This document shows, piece by piece, positions 11,503 through 22,347 of a stretch of 64,000 bases of DNA. A model generated the notes under the pieces. That model was given only the letters and a program-made list of their open reading frames with translations, searched no databases and was not told the origin of the DNA. Source of the stretch: an uncultured Nitrospiraceae bacterium (GTDB taxonomy: Bacteria > Nitrospirota > Thermodesulfovibrionia > Thermodesulfovibrionales > SM23-35); NCBI GenBank assembly GCA_963727775.1, contig CAVSHB010000001.1, positions 192,001 through 256,000 on the forward strand. The letters run 5' to 3'. Position 1 is the first letter of the stretch; each line of letters begins with the position of its first letter. A program made the translations under genes and the position numbers.

Positions 11503-11727
11503 TTAGTGAAGCCAGTAAGGTTTGTAGTAGAAATAAGGCTGCTCGGTTTCATATTGATAGTACCACCGAGGATAATACAAGTAGTAAGGGATATAAGGAA
11601 CGCCATATGCCCACGAAGAGAATTTGACTCCATGTCTATCTCCCCAATATTGGAAAGCGAACGATGGGGGGGAATAATGATAGCACCCTCCGAATAATAA
11701 TAGCAAACACACTAATAGTATTTTCAC
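11503..11727 (-). CDS. Small Tyr/Pro-rich putative lipoprotein
   Basis: Hydrophobic signal ending LFGGC (lipobox-like). Confidence 0.45.
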   Translation of the reverse strand: MKILLVCLLLLFGGCYHYSPPSFAFQYWGDRHGVKFSSWAYGVPYIPYYLYYPRWYYQYETEQPYFYYKPYWLH

Positions 11728-11897
11728 TGTTTTCTCTTATATCTTCAATATATCAAACGCCTTATATAAATACAATGTCAGAAGTGATCATGAGAAAAAG
11801 GCCACATAGGGGAGTATGGGCAGAGGAAAAAGTTAAATGAGGGGGCAATACTTTATTTTTTATTTCCGAATAAAAAAGGGATGCGATGAATCCTTTC

Positions 11898-12785
11898 TTA
11901 TTTACATGTTTTCCCGATTAAAATGGAACTTTTCGAATGTGTAAGGATATTTCTTGAAACACTTCCCATCATCCCTTTAATTCCCCTCAAGCCTCTGCAT
12001 CCAACCGCTATTATGTCTGTTTTCAATTCTTCCGATGTTTCCAATATTTCTGTTGAAGGGTCCCCTTCTTTTGACAGAACATCTATAATATTGAACCTTC
12101 TCCTCAGATCTTCTCGAGCCTGTTCAATAATCTTTTCAGAGTTCGTAATCTCCATAGCTTTAGCTTGATCCACTATCTCTAACATCTTTTCATTTATTTC
12201 CGGAGAAAGAGCAGGTATATCCCAAAAGACAGGCCTCGTTACATTTAAAATTGTTATTCCAGTATTCTCTGGGAAAGGTATTTCAGATAATAATTTACCA
12301 GTTGCAATAGAATGGTCAGAGCCATCAGTCGCAAAGAGTATTTTAAGATGTTCCTTATGACACCCAGGAGGTTTAGTAATAAAAACAGGTTTGGATGCGC
12401 TGATAGCCACTGAATTTGTTACACTCCCAATAAAGAATGATTTAATGCCTTTTAACCCTCTTGCACCCATAACAATCAGATCCATATCAGACTCGGCAGT
12501 AACATTGACAATGCATTGTTCAGGAGAACCATCTATAATGGCAGTGCTGATTTTTGCCTTCACGTCTTTTAGAATGTCCAGTACGGAATCAATAACTTTT
12601 GGTGCAATATCCTCTTTTATGGATTCCAGCGAACTGAAATAAGATTCCTTGTCGTATAAAAAAGGGATCCAATAAACAACATGTAGAACCGTGATTTCAT
12701 CGTCTAAAGATAAATTCAGACATCGTAGAAATTTCGCTGCCAATTCTGAAAATTGAGATCCATCGGTTGCAAGTAATATTTTCAT
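11898..12785 (-). CDS. Tandem-domain universal stress protein
   Basis: Two KIL.ATDGS...G.RG...GSV domains. Confidence 0.93.
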   Translation of the reverse strand: MKILLATDGSQFSELAAKFLRCLNLSLDDEITVLHVVYWIPFLYDKESYFSSLESIKEDIAPKVIDSVLDILKDVKAKISTAIIDGSPEQCIVNVTAESDMDLIVMGARGLKGIKSFFIGSVTNSVAISASKPVFITKPPGCHKEHLKILFATDGSDHSIATGKLLSEIPFPENTGITILNVTRPVFWDIPALSPEINEKMLEIVDQAKAMEITNSEKIIEQAREDLRRRFNIIDVLSKEGDPSTEILETSEELKTDIIAVGCRGLRGIKGMMGSVSRNILTHSKSSILIGKTCK

Positions 12786-12997
12786 TTCAAAACATTTTAT
12801 CTATCATGTCAATATATTTCAAGAACTTTGCCTGAACAGAACTTTGAAAATTATATATAAGTTAGACAAGGATTTCGCCCTAATGGTGTGTATTTACAAT
12901 TATAACGAACACTTAATTATCATAATCTAAGATGTTTGTTAGATGAAGGAGGTATCGGCGTCTTAGAGGCTGCCCGGCATGAGTGTTTCTAAGTGAC

Positions 12998-13624
12998 TTA
13001 AATACTGCTAACCATGCTCACTTGCTCCTTTAGTACCTTACCAACAAAACTTTTTGATAGTCTCGTTTTCTTTGCGATACCCCGGATTGATAGTAAAGGG
13101 TCCTGCGTATGTAATTGTATCGCTTTTTCAATATCTATCGTAGCAATAGGCTTTCTGCCGAGCCTTTTACCTTTCCGGCGAGCATTCTCAATGCCAGCCT
13201 TTACCCTTTCCCGGATAAGTTCCCGTTCAAATTCAGCCTTGGACCCGATAATGTGAAACATAAGCCTTCCCTGGGGCGTTGTTAAGTCTAAACTGTCTTG
13301 ATACGATATAAATCCTATCCCAAGGCTCGAAAGCTCCTCAAGGGCCATTACAAGCTGTTTCAGGCTCCTTCCGAATCGGTCCAGCTTCCATACTATTAGA
13401 AGATCAACCTGCCTTTTCCTTGCGGCCTCAAGGAGTCGATCAAGCTGAGGCCTCCGTTCCTTAGTGCCAGAGATACCGTTATCAACGTATTCTCCAGCTA
13501 TGGTGAAACCTCTCCTTTGGCAATACTCCCGAAGAGGAACAACCTGAAGCTCAGGATCTTGACCTTTATCGTGGGTGGAACAACGGGCATATATTGCAGC
13601 TCTGACTTCCTTCTTCATTTTCAT
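12998..13624 (-). CDS. Serine recombinase (resolvase/invertase family)
   Basis: YARCST catalytic Ser, SG...RPQL, KLDRFGRS, EFERELIRER, C-terminal HTH. Confidence 0.92.
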   Translation of the reverse strand: MKMKKEVRAAIYARCSTHDKGQDPELQVVPLREYCQRRGFTIAGEYVDNGISGTKERRPQLDRLLEAARKRQVDLLIVWKLDRFGRSLKQLVMALEELSSLGIGFISYQDSLDLTTPQGRLMFHIIGSKAEFERELIRERVKAGIENARRKGKRLGRKPIATIDIEKAIQLHTQDPLLSIRGIAKKTRLSKSFVGKVLKEQVSMVSSI

Positions 13625-13719
13625 TCTCCTTTCCCTTTTTCATTCTTTTGTGATATACTAACAGTATATACAATTAAGATACACTATAAGGATTTACTTG
13701 TCAAGGGGGTTCCTGTATA

Positions 13720-13911
13720 ATGAGAACTGTGAAAGCGGATCAGCTTAGAAAACTATTAAAGAAGAAAGAGAAGATGATTACTCTTCGCATGAACCCTGAA
13801 TTGCTCAGACTCCTCGATGAAGCTTTGGAGAAGGATAAAGAGCACGAGAGCCGGAATGAACTGATTGAAACGCTGATCCTTAAATACCTGGAAACGAAGG
13901 GGAAGCTCTGA
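13720..13911 (+). CDS. Ribbon-helix-helix (CopG/Arc-like) DNA-binding protein
   Basis: ITLRM..ELL..LD...SRNELIE..I..YL pattern; divergent from the recombinase. Confidence 0.7.
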   Translation: MRTVKADQLRKLLKKKEKMITLRMNPELLRLLDEALEKDKEHESRNELIETLILKYLETKGKL

Positions 13912-14093
13912 TCCCTCGTTTATTCCGGAGTACACCTACTCAACACCCAAGACATCTCGCAGATTGTGAGGATTACCGGTACAAACATCGATTCGCCCCA
14001 TATCCCTGTCCCCTCTCTTATTTCATCAAATCAGCACGACATCAGAATACAATGGGTCGCCAGAACCCTGATACTATATGCGCATGGTTACGA

Positions 14094-15755
14094 CTATGCG
14101 CTGTCTTTCCCACTGAGCCCAACAGTAATAATTGGTTTCTTCGGGTCATTAGAGTAAATACCCATCAGTGCACTCTTACTGCCCTCTGATATTGGACTCA
14201 ATGTGACAGTAATCGCACACGAACTGCCTTTTGCTACGGTCGAACCGGTGTTGGACTGAGAAAACTCCGTCGCATTCGTGCCTGTAATTGTTATCGCATT
14301 TATAATGAGGTCTGATATGCCTGTATCCCTAATAGTTATTACTTTAGGAGCGGATGTGTGTCCAAGTGCCACAGAACCAACGTTAACTGATGTAGTAGAA
14401 ACGGTAATCGTCGGAGGCGGGTCCTGCCCTAAGAGTTGCACGTTAATAGCTGGTTTCTTAGGGTCAGTGGATAAAATACTCATGATCGCAGTTTTATTAC
14501 CAAAAAGAGACGTTGGATTAAAAGTCACCGAGATAGTACATGAGCCACCTGGAGAGATTACGGGGCAGGAGTTTGTTTCACTGAAGTCATTTGGATCTGC
14601 ACCTGCGATACTTATCGAATCTATTACAAGACTGCCTTTGCCCGTATTCTTGACAGTTACTGTTTTCGGAGCAGACGTGCTTCCCGCTTTCAGTGAACCG
14701 AAGTTAAGCGATGTCGGGTTTATAGAGATTTCGGGGATACCTACCTGAACTGCTGTAAAAGTTGCGTTGACGGTCAAATCCCCATCCAATATTATCATGC
14801 CGTACCCTCCCACAGCCGCAAAGACACCCTGGTTTGTGTCATACGCTACAGCCTCAAGGTCATAGCTGTTGTCAAAGCTATAAAGAGGTGGATCCCAGTT
14901 CATTCCGTCAGGTGAGGTGAGAATGGTTCCGGCATCTCCTACAGCGACAAAATAACCGTTGGCATACACGATACCCCTCAGCCAGTCGGTTATCCCTGAG
15001 ATTTGCGGAGACCAGTTCACCCCATCGATTGAGCTCAGGATCGTTCCCGATTCCCCCACTGCTATAAAAGTGCCGTTCCCGTATGCTACTGACATAAGGT
15101 GAAGAGAAGTTCCTGAAGTTTCTGGATACCAACTGATTGCATCAGATGAGGTGAGGACTGTGCCATATGCCCCGACGCTAACAAAGGTGCTGTTACCAAA
15201 GGTAGCGCCAAAAAGCCAATTCGCGGTAGGAGACCAATAAGGCCAGAACGGGTCGACCCAGGTCACTCCGTTATCCGATGAGGTAATGATTCCGCCATCA
15301 GCTCCCACAACAACAAATTTGCCGTTGCCATAGGCAACGCCATAGTATTCATTAAAAAGATAGCCCTTTGGGGATTTTCTTAAGGTCCAGGTTACTCCAT
15401 TGTCCCAAGAGGTGAGAATTGTGCCGACGGTTCCTACAGCAACAAAGGTATTATTGCCAAAGCCAGCTCCATAAAGATGGTTCGTATGTCCGGGTGTTTG
15501 CGAAGTCCAGACAACGCCGTCTGGCGATGTTACGATAGTGCCGAAGGCTCCCACGGTGACAAAGGTTCCATTGCCATAGGTCATTCCATAAAACCAGTTA
15601 TCGCTTGGCAAAGTAACTGCTACCCAATTGTCGAGCGGGTTTGCACGCGAAGAATGAGGAAAGAAAATCAAAAAAAAGATAACCGAAAAGATACAGATAT
15701 ATAATCTGCCAACTTTCATGTGTCCCCTTGAGACTACAAATTCGTGAAAAGGCAA
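14094..15755 (-). CDS. Secreted/surface protein: beta-propeller (YGNGxFVAVG repeats) plus two Ig-like ASH/choice-of-anchor D domains
   Basis: Signal peptide, about six repeats of YGNG.FV.VG..GTI.TS.DG..W, and two P.SLNFG..GSC.I.V.F.P-type domains. Confidence 0.85.
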   Translation of the reverse strand: MPFHEFVVSRGHMKVGRLYICIFSVIFFLIFFPHSSRANPLDNWVAVTLPSDNWFYGMTYGNGTFVTVGAFGTIVTSPDGVVWTSQTPGHTNHLYGAGFGNNTFVAVGTVGTILTSWDNGVTWTLRKSPKGYLFNEYYGVAYGNGKFVVVGADGGIITSSDNGVTWVDPFWPYWSPTANWLFGATFGNSTFVSVGAYGTVLTSSDAISWYPETSGTSLHLMSVAYGNGTFIAVGESGTILSSIDGVNWSPQISGITDWLRGIVYANGYFVAVGDAGTILTSPDGMNWDPPLYSFDNSYDLEAVAYDTNQGVFAAVGGYGMIILDGDLTVNATFTAVQVGIPEISINPTSLNFGSLKAGSTSAPKTVTVKNTGKGSLVIDSISIAGADPNDFSETNSCPVISPGGSCTISVTFNPTSLFGNKTAIMSILSTDPKKPAINVQLLGQDPPPTITVSTTSVNVGSVALGHTSAPKVITIRDTGISDLIINAITITGTNATEFSQSNTGSTVAKGSSCAITVTLSPISEGSKSALMGIYSNDPKKPIITVGLSGKDSA

Positions 15756-16213
15756 TTTTTATTCCGGGGTTCTCATCGTTTTTTGATTTGAACCAGTCTC
15801 CACCTATTGTTAAACCCCGTGTGCAGACTCGGGCAGGGAGACCGTGTTATATGGAAGTGACCTCGTCATCTGCTTGCTATTAGTATGGTGGGAAAATATG
15901 AAGAAGTGGTGAAGACAATATGAAAAGAGTATGAAGCGATTAAATGTTGAACATACCTAATAAATGTGAATAACTTTCCTTTGTTGATGCTCCGCGATGA
16001 GTGGTTTATTTTCATATATACTTATCACCAGCATAGAGGAGTAGAACAGTTTTCTTCAGGAAAAACTTAACGGGAGATAAAGCTTCTCAGAACAATTTTT
16101 TCTATGTGAACTATAGCTCTCTAATTAGAATCCATGAGGTGTTGATAACAGGAAGAATTGAGTTAAGTCCATCAGTACAGATCTTATTGGTTTGGAGGCA
16201 AAGAAAGTGTGTT

Positions 16214-16924
16214 CTAAACTTTACGTATACGGCGTAACATTGCCTTGACTGTTTCAATTAATTTTGCCGGTGAGGTTTCTGTTTTTAGAAGAAACTCATC
16301 TGCACCACCACTAATAAGTTTATCTATTGTATCCTGTGTGACACTCGAAGAAAACACTAATACCGGTATATTAATCCATTTGGGTGACGCCTTTAACATT
16401 GAGAGCACTTTAAATCCATCCATGTTACCCATGTATAAATCAAGGATTATCAAATTCGGTCTATGTTCACTAACCATTTTAATCCCTTCCATCCCATCCT
16501 TCGCTTCAATAACAAAAAACCCTTCTTCAAGCAGATTGATCCTGTTCATTTTCCGAGACATATCATGATCGTCGATTAACAGAATTTTATTTTCTCTATC
16601 TGCCTTATAATCAAGCGTTATGCTCTCTATTATTTCTTTAATGATTGTCCTTTGACTATCACTCACATCAATAAACTCCATCCCTAATCCAATTCCCGGC
16701 TGAAAATGTCTGATTTGTGCCTTAAGCGTTACCTTCTTATTTCTAAAAGGAATCGTAATTTCAAAAAAACTATTTTCTGTAAATATGTTCCCTGCAGAGA
16801 GATAGAGACCACCCTCACTAATATCAATACATTGAAAATCCTTCTTGACGTCCACTAAAAGTTTCCCCCTGATGGGAATTCTCTGTTGATTTCTTCGTTC
16901 TTGTTTCTCTTCGGCATCCATCAT
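16214..16924 (-). CDS. PilZ + response regulator receiver protein
   Basis: RxxxR (RNQQR) and DISEGG PilZ motifs; REC with ILLIDD and LIILD. Confidence 0.88.
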   Translation of the reverse strand: MMDAEEKQERRNQQRIPIRGKLLVDVKKDFQCIDISEGGLYLSAGNIFTENSFFEITIPFRNKKVTLKAQIRHFQPGIGLGMEFIDVSDSQRTIIKEIIESITLDYKADRENKILLIDDHDMSRKMNRINLLEEGFFVIEAKDGMEGIKMVSEHRPNLIILDLYMGNMDGFKVLSMLKASPKWINIPVLVFSSSVTQDTIDKLISGGADEFLLKTETSPAKLIETVKAMLRRIRKV

Positions 16925-17065
16925 GACCCTTATTCCTTGACAGAAGTTTCTATCTGAAAATTTCTTGACCCATCAATAGAAAATTATGCCTGTCTATTTC
17001 CAATTGTACCATACATACTCGTAACAATATCTGTGACCGGTTATTCCAAGTTATCGTTAAAAACT

Positions 17066-17446
17066 CTATTCAGACTGATCTTTAATGAGACTATCGGTGT
17101 ATTTTTTAAGTTGCTTTATTACCTCGTCATAAGACATAGCCTCTATCTCGACCAAGGCTTCTCCAAAATACATATAAGAATCACTCTGTTCTTTTAAGAG
17201 TTCGTCCACTTTTTCCTTCGTTAAGTACTTCTCTCTAATTGCAATCTCTCCAAATTTTTCATGGGTTTCTTCCTGTACGACCAATATCCTGAGGATATTA
17301 TCATCTGTTAGCCACCCTTTATTCTTAGCGCGTTCTCCAATCATTCGGTTATTTTTTCTCTGAAGGAATCGCGCACTAATAACTACATCGGTTGTTATTA
17401 GACCTCTTTCCACAAGATATCTGCCGAAACGTGAACGTTTATTCAT
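17066..17446 (-). CDS. Stand-alone MshEN-like repeat protein
   Basis: Four roughly 29-aa repeats starting RFGRYLVERGLI, MIGERAKNKGWL, KFGEIAIREKYL, YFGEALVEIEAM. Confidence 0.6.
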   Translation of the reverse strand: MNKRSRFGRYLVERGLITTDVVISARFLQRKNNRMIGERAKNKGWLTDDNILRILVVQEETHEKFGEIAIREKYLTKEKVDELLKEQSDSYMYFGEALVEIEAMSYDEVIKQLKKYTDSLIKDQSE

Positions 17447-17568
17447 AATTCATAATATCCGGTGAATATCGATTGAAATCTACACCATTATAGCAAGGTT
17501 TAATCATGTCTGCTACAGGAAGTTATTGAGAAGGGAACGGTAAAAGAGAGAGCCTGTCCTAAATAAAT

Positions 17569-17601
17569 AGACGCGCCTCTACTTATTGGCAGAGGCACGT
17601 C
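17569..17601 (-). terminator. Hairpin downstream of HU gene
   Basis: GACGCGCCTCT...AGAGGCACGTC imperfect inverted repeat followed on the minus strand by an AT-rich tract. Confidence 0.5.
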
Positions 17602-17617
17602 ATTGAATTCTAATAAA

Positions 17618-17887
17618 TTATTTTACCGCGTCCTTTAAAGCCTTACCAGCTGTGAATTTAGGCGCCTTCCGGGCAGCAATCTTAATTATTGCTCCTGTTT
17701 GAGGATTACGCCCCTTCCGTGCCTTCCTCTTTGAAATCGAGAAAGTTCCGAAGCCCACAAGAGCTACTTTGTTACCTTTCTTCAGTGTCTTAACTGCATC
17801 AATAAATGATTTAAGAGCCTTTTCTGCTACTGCCTTTGACGCCCCTGAGTCGTTAGCCATCTTTTCTACAAGTTCTACTTTTGTCAT
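17618..17887 (-). CDS. hup: HU DNA-binding protein
   Basis: MTKVELV...LVGFGTF...[10 protein letters not shown]...[21 protein letters not shown] before ATG at 17887. Confidence 0.95.
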   Translation of the reverse strand: MTKVELVEKMANDSGASKAVAEKALKSFIDAVKTLKKGNKVALVGFGTFSISKRKARKGRNPQTGAIIKIAARKAPKFTAGKALKDAVK

Positions 17888-18102
17888 AGAGCCCTCCATT
17901 AATATTGTTGTTAGAAAGTATATCATGCCTCCATCGAAAAATAGCTATCATACCATCTCAAAACTTATAAATTCCCCGTTCACTACTTCATCAAGGCCGC
18001 ACTCTTGGTAGTTTTCATGGGTTTTGGACTGTGCTTACAAACAATAGCGTTGAGGGTTTATAAATATTGCATAGCTACTTAAAGCGGAGAGGTTAAATGA
18101 AC

Positions 18103-18993
18103 TCAGGATAATAGCATAAGTTGAGATCCCTGTTTATTTCTCTTACGCTCATACATTGATTTGTCCCCCTGCGCCAATAGTTCATCAAGAGAACAAGGGT
18201 TAGCTGGATCAAAGAAAGCTAACCCAGCACTTATCGAAAGCTGGTAGTTACGATTACTTTGTAAGTTATGAATTTTAATAGCGTCATGTAATCGTTCAAT
18301 GATTTTCTCTATATCGTCATTGGCATTTCCACCAGGTATAACCACAAATTCATCCCCGCCAATACGAGCAATGACATCTGATTGTCGATAATTATTTTTT
18401 AGAATATTGGCAATAGCAAACAATGCTATATCTCCTGCTTGGTGCCCCCAAGTGTCATTAATGCCTTTGAGATTATCCAGATCTGCATAAAGCATGTATA
18501 TTCCGCTTGGTTGACGTTTGGCTATTTTTAACTGATATTCACCCAAAGTAAAAAATCCCCGTCGGTTATATAACCCAGTAAGTTCATCGGTCAGTAACAA
18601 TGAATGCATCTTCTCATGGCTTTTAGCATACTCTATTCTTGCGGTAAGTTCTTTTAAGGTAAAGGGTTTTTTTATAAAGTCCGATGCCCCGGATTTTATG
18701 GCATCGCCATAGGAAAAATCATTAATAAGATCAGTCATAATAATAACTGCCATATTAGGTTTTAGTCCTTTCACCTTTTCTGTAAGTTTGAAGCCACCCA
18801 TATCAGGCAAAACAATGTCAGTTATCATGACATCAAATGACGTTTTATAGATCAATTCCATAGCTAAGGCAGCATTTGTTGCAGTTTCGCAATGATACCC
18901 TTTTAAAGAAAGCTCACTCTTTAATGTACAAATCAGGGTTAGATCGTCATCAACGATTAGTATCGGTATCTTTGCATCAATTGAATTATTCAT
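18103..18993 (-). CDS. REC-GGDEF diguanylate cyclase
   Basis: REC domain; DELTGLYNRR; RQSD I-site; intact GGDEF. Confidence 0.92.
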   Translation of the reverse strand: MNNSIDAKIPILIVDDDLTLICTLKSELSLKGYHCETATNAALAMELIYKTSFDVMITDIVLPDMGGFKLTEKVKGLKPNMAVIIMTDLINDFSYGDAIKSGASDFIKKPFTLKELTARIEYAKSHEKMHSLLLTDELTGLYNRRGFFTLGEYQLKIAKRQPSGIYMLYADLDNLKGINDTWGHQAGDIALFAIANILKNNYRQSDVIARIGGDEFVVIPGGNANDDIEKIIERLHDAIKIHNLQSNRNYQLSISAGLAFFDPANPCSLDELLAQGDKSMYERKRNKQGSQLMLLS

Positions 18994-19358
18994 TTCCGCA
19001 CCATTAAAGACTTTTTACTGCGGATAGATTTACTCAATCATATCAAATCTATTTTTGGGAAGTAAAGATAATATGGTTATAAAAAATTCTTTTTTACAGG
19101 TGAAATGATCGCTTATTTGATATAGCCTTTTTCATATTTGCAGAATTATGGCGAATGTGAGGTGTGCGGAGTTCAGGAAGCTTGCGCATAGGTTCATCTC
19201 TTTTCGTATTGCGTCGTTCGCCCCGCAGTATTCACCGCATTTTCGTTTGGCCCACCTGCTACCAATACACAATATGCTCACCGGCTCGCCTTGTCATGTA
19301 CGGCGGAAAGATTTGTTAGCCGTGTCAAGGCTGACGATGGTCACATCAAATTACAAAG

Positions 19359-19745
19359 CTATCGGGAAAGCAGCCATTCCTCGCCTTCCGAGATACTCTT
19401 GAAAACCCCAACCTTTTGCTTCAAATGATTCTGAGCCAAATCTGAATAGATCTGATACATACGCATCATACCAAAGGCAAAATCCCCGCTAACGATGTGC
19501 GCGAGTCGTGCAGTCTTTCTTTCGGGATATTGTTTTCGGATTTGGATAATACGTTGCAAATAGCTGGCATCGATTTTCTCAAAATCCATAGCACGTAAAT
19601 CCCACAAAGCATCTATGTCAGGAGCATATTGTGTTGATCGCGTAATCTCCTCCATCGCGGTTTGAAACTCTTCTACTGTGAAAGTGTCTCCCACCGTCAC
19701 AATGAGAATTTTCTTCTTCCGGTCAAAACGGATATCAAACGACAT
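19359..19745 (-). CDS. Hypothetical protein, STAS/SpoIIAA-like
   Basis: 128 aa ORF with RBS; LWDLR...FGMMRMY...VFKS..E.EEWL pattern. Confidence 0.6.
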   Translation of the reverse strand: MSFDIRFDRKKKILIVTVGDTFTVEEFQTAMEEITRSTQYAPDIDALWDLRAMDFEKIDASYLQRIIQIRKQYPERKTARLAHIVSGDFAFGMMRMYQIYSDLAQNHLKQKVGVFKSISEGEEWLLSR

Positions 19746-19854
19746 TATTTCTTCCTTTACTGTGTGCCCAACATTTATTTTTAAATCGATTCCCCATTAG
19801 CTTAAAACATTATTACTTCTCAGGTAGGTAGATTGTCAATGAATTTTACTGATT

Positions 19855-21335
19855 TGTCAGTTACGAATTAAAAGTGAACCGTTATAATCGAATTTACGAA
19901 TTAAAAGTGAACACCTGAGAAAGTGTAATATGAGCATCAAAAAAGGAGGCTCGTATTTTGACACAGTTACACAGGAAGTTCACCGATGAACAAGTCAAGG
20001 AACTGATCGAGAAATATCTAAGGGAAGAGGTAGGGAGAAAATATCTCCAAGAGATTCTTGGGATTAACAAAACAAGGTTCTTTGCTTTAGTAAAAGCATA
20101 TCGTTATAATCCTTCCGCATTCACGATACAGTATGTACGGAAAGGCAAAACCCGAGCGATACCCGAAGCGGTAGAATTCAATATTTTAAAAGAATTAGTA
20201 ATTGAGAAGAAGTTGATAGAGGACAAAGATGTACCCGTCCGCTCTTACAACTACAGCTATATCAAAGATCGTCTGGAAAGGCAATATAAGCAGACGGTGG
20301 CTCTATCTACGATCATTGACAGAGCCAAGAAGAACGACTTTTATCTGAGGAAGCCAAAAAGAACCGTTCATGACCGGGAAGTATTGACCAACTATGCCGG
20401 GGAATTGATCCAGCATGATTCCTCCTATCACCTTTGGGCACCGAACGCGCAAGAGAAATGGTATTTGATCACTTCTCTGGATGATTACAGCCGTTATATC
20501 CTCTACGCAAAATTGCTGAAGAAGGAAACCTCGTGGGCACATATCCTCGCTCTGGAAAGCCTGATCCTTACACACGGCTTACCCTTCTCCTATTATGTTG
20601 ATTCACACTCTATCTTCCGGTTTGTGCAGGGCAGAGACTCTTTCTGGCGCAAGCATCATAAGATAACTGATGAAGCAGACCCTCAATGGAAGCAGGTTCT
20701 ATATGACTGCAACGTAAAAATCATCTATGCATTATCTCTCCAAGCAAAAGGGAAGATTGAACGGCCTTATCAATGGCTCCAAGATAGACTTGTCAGAACA
20801 TGTGTCAGAGAAGATGTGGCTGATATAAGTCGAGCGCAAACTATACTCAATCAGGAAATCCACAGATATAATTACCGTCAGGTACATTCCACAATTCAGG
20901 AAGTCCCATATTTCAGATTCCAAAAAGCATTAAAAGAAGGTACGTCCCTTTTTAGACGGTTCAAAGTTATCCCTCCCTATCAATCCCCCAAAGATATATT
21001 TTGTCTAAGGCTTAACAGAACTGTTGATTCTCACCGTAGAATATCCATCAATAACCTGGTCCTGAAAATTAATCATGTTACCCCAGGTGAAAAGGTGAAT
21101 ATCCGCATTTATCCCATGAACAAGATTCTCTCTGAAGTCAGATTCTGGTGCAACGGCCACCTCGTTGACGTCCAACGAGCTAAAAATAAGGATTTGAATT
21201 TGCCGATATGGTAAAGCAAAAATGAACGAAGTGAAAAACGCACTCTTTCACTTCGTTCATTTCCTTCCTATTCCGTCCTTTAACAAGGGTTCACTTTTAA
21301 TTCTTAAAGAGTTCACTTTTAAAAAATTGCTAACA
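19855..21335 (+). mobile_element. IS1202-family (ISNCY) insertion sequence
   Basis: Ends TGTCAG...CTAACA; repeated TTAAAAGTGAAC sites at both ends; 15-bp TSD TGAATTTTACTGATT at 19840-19854 and 21336-21350. Confidence 0.88.
19958..21214 (+). CDS. ISNCY/IS1202 DDE transposase
   Basis: GELIQHDSSYH, LDDYS, YYVDSHSIF, KGKIER...QDRL. Confidence 0.9.
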   Translation: MTQLHRKFTDEQVKELIEKYLREEVGRKYLQEILGINKTRFFALVKAYRYNPSAFTIQYVRKGKTRAIPEAVEFNILKELVIEKKLIEDKDVPVRSYNYSYIKDRLERQYKQTVALSTIIDRAKKNDFYLRKPKRTVHDREVLTNYAGELIQHDSSYHLWAPNAQEKWYLITSLDDYSRYILYAKLLKKETSWAHILALESLILTHGLPFSYYVDSHSIFRFVQGRDSFWRKHHKITDEADPQWKQVLYDCNVKIIYALSLQAKGKIERPYQWLQDRLVRTCVREDVADISRAQTILNQEIHRYNYRQVHSTIQEVPYFRFQKALKEGTSLFRRFKVIPPYQSPKDIFCLRLNRTVDSHRRISINNLVLKINHVTPGEKVNIRIYPMNKILSEVRFWCNGHLVDVQRAKNKDLNLPIW

Positions 21336-21501
21336 TGAATTTTACTGATTTATATTCAACGAAGACACAAAACCGTGAAGCAGTGTCCTGTCGAGAGCAA
21401 GAGGGACCTGTGTTTCTTCGATTCCGAAGGCATTCAAATAGCCTTGAATACGTCAAGCAAAATGCCTATAGGGCAGCTCTCAATAAGGTAATGCCTATCG
21501 G

Positions 21502-21684
21502 CTATCCTAATAAACCTGTCTGCATATGTTGCAACTGACAATCAGAATCTGGAGCCCCTTGCACGCCGGTTAATGCAGAGTCACGGCATTCCCGGCAAAC
21601 GGCATACATTTGTTCATTATCATTGATAAGGAGAAATTCAAGAGGTTTTGTTTCATGACATAAGTCGCAGGCATACTTAATCAT
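21502..21684 (-). CDS. Small putative Zn-binding protein (CxxC...CxxC)
   Basis: MIKYACDLC...VCRECR; short and unsupported by other signals. Confidence 0.35.
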   Translation of the reverse strand: MIKYACDLCHETKPLEFLLINDNEQMYAVCRECRDSALTGVQGAPDSDCQLQHMQTGLLG

Positions 21685-22031
21685 ACAACGCAATTTGGAC
21701 TGAAATTTGAACTTCACGGTTTGTTCCCCCGACAGAAATGCTACACTTTATCACAAAGCGTACAGAGTACGTCAAGAAAAATTTTATCGAAAGAAAATAA
21801 CAAGAAAATACAATAAGTTGCCTTACCAAGCAACTTCACCCTTCTATACTGTTACACGGATTTTAAAGCAACGAATTCCAATTATACTCCACACCATTAC
21901 ATCACGGTCGGCGGGTGTCGGCTTCAGGAAGGATGTTTGCCTCTCACGACTCTCTTTAATACTGCATTTCTTTCGTCCTTTTAAGCGTATACCTTGTTAT
22001 GCGCATGGGCCTTGTTTCCACAAGAAAGGGA

Positions 22032-22175
22032 TTATTTTCTATTCAGTGAATATTCTATTGCAGCCTCCACGTGCATCGTCGTCATGTCGAAAACTGTCAT
22101 GCTCACATCTTCCTGTTTGATCAACAATGGTATCTCGGTGCATCCCAGTATGATTCCTTCTGCATCCTCCTCTAT
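22032..22175 (-). pseudogene. C-terminal fragment of aspartate/glutamate racemase
   Basis: Manual translation AEGIILGCTEIPLLIKQEDVSMTVFDMTTMHVEAAIEYSL contains the GCTE motif; no N-terminus. Confidence 0.8.
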
Positions 22176-22347
22176 AAACATTGCGTAAGTTTGAAGCCGC
22201 TAATTTAGAGGGATCAAACAGGGGTAAGAAATGCTAAAGATTACTTTCTGCAATTTAATAAACTCTTCATCTCTCTGTCATCAAGCGGTAAGAGTAATCA
22301 CAATATGATATCCATCAGATACTGACCTTTTCATACGGGGGCTGTAT

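Noticed and set aside
15760..16200. c-di-GMP riboswitch upstream of the adhesin
   Set aside because: GEMM consensus (GGCAAAC...GAAA...ACGCAAAG) was not found.
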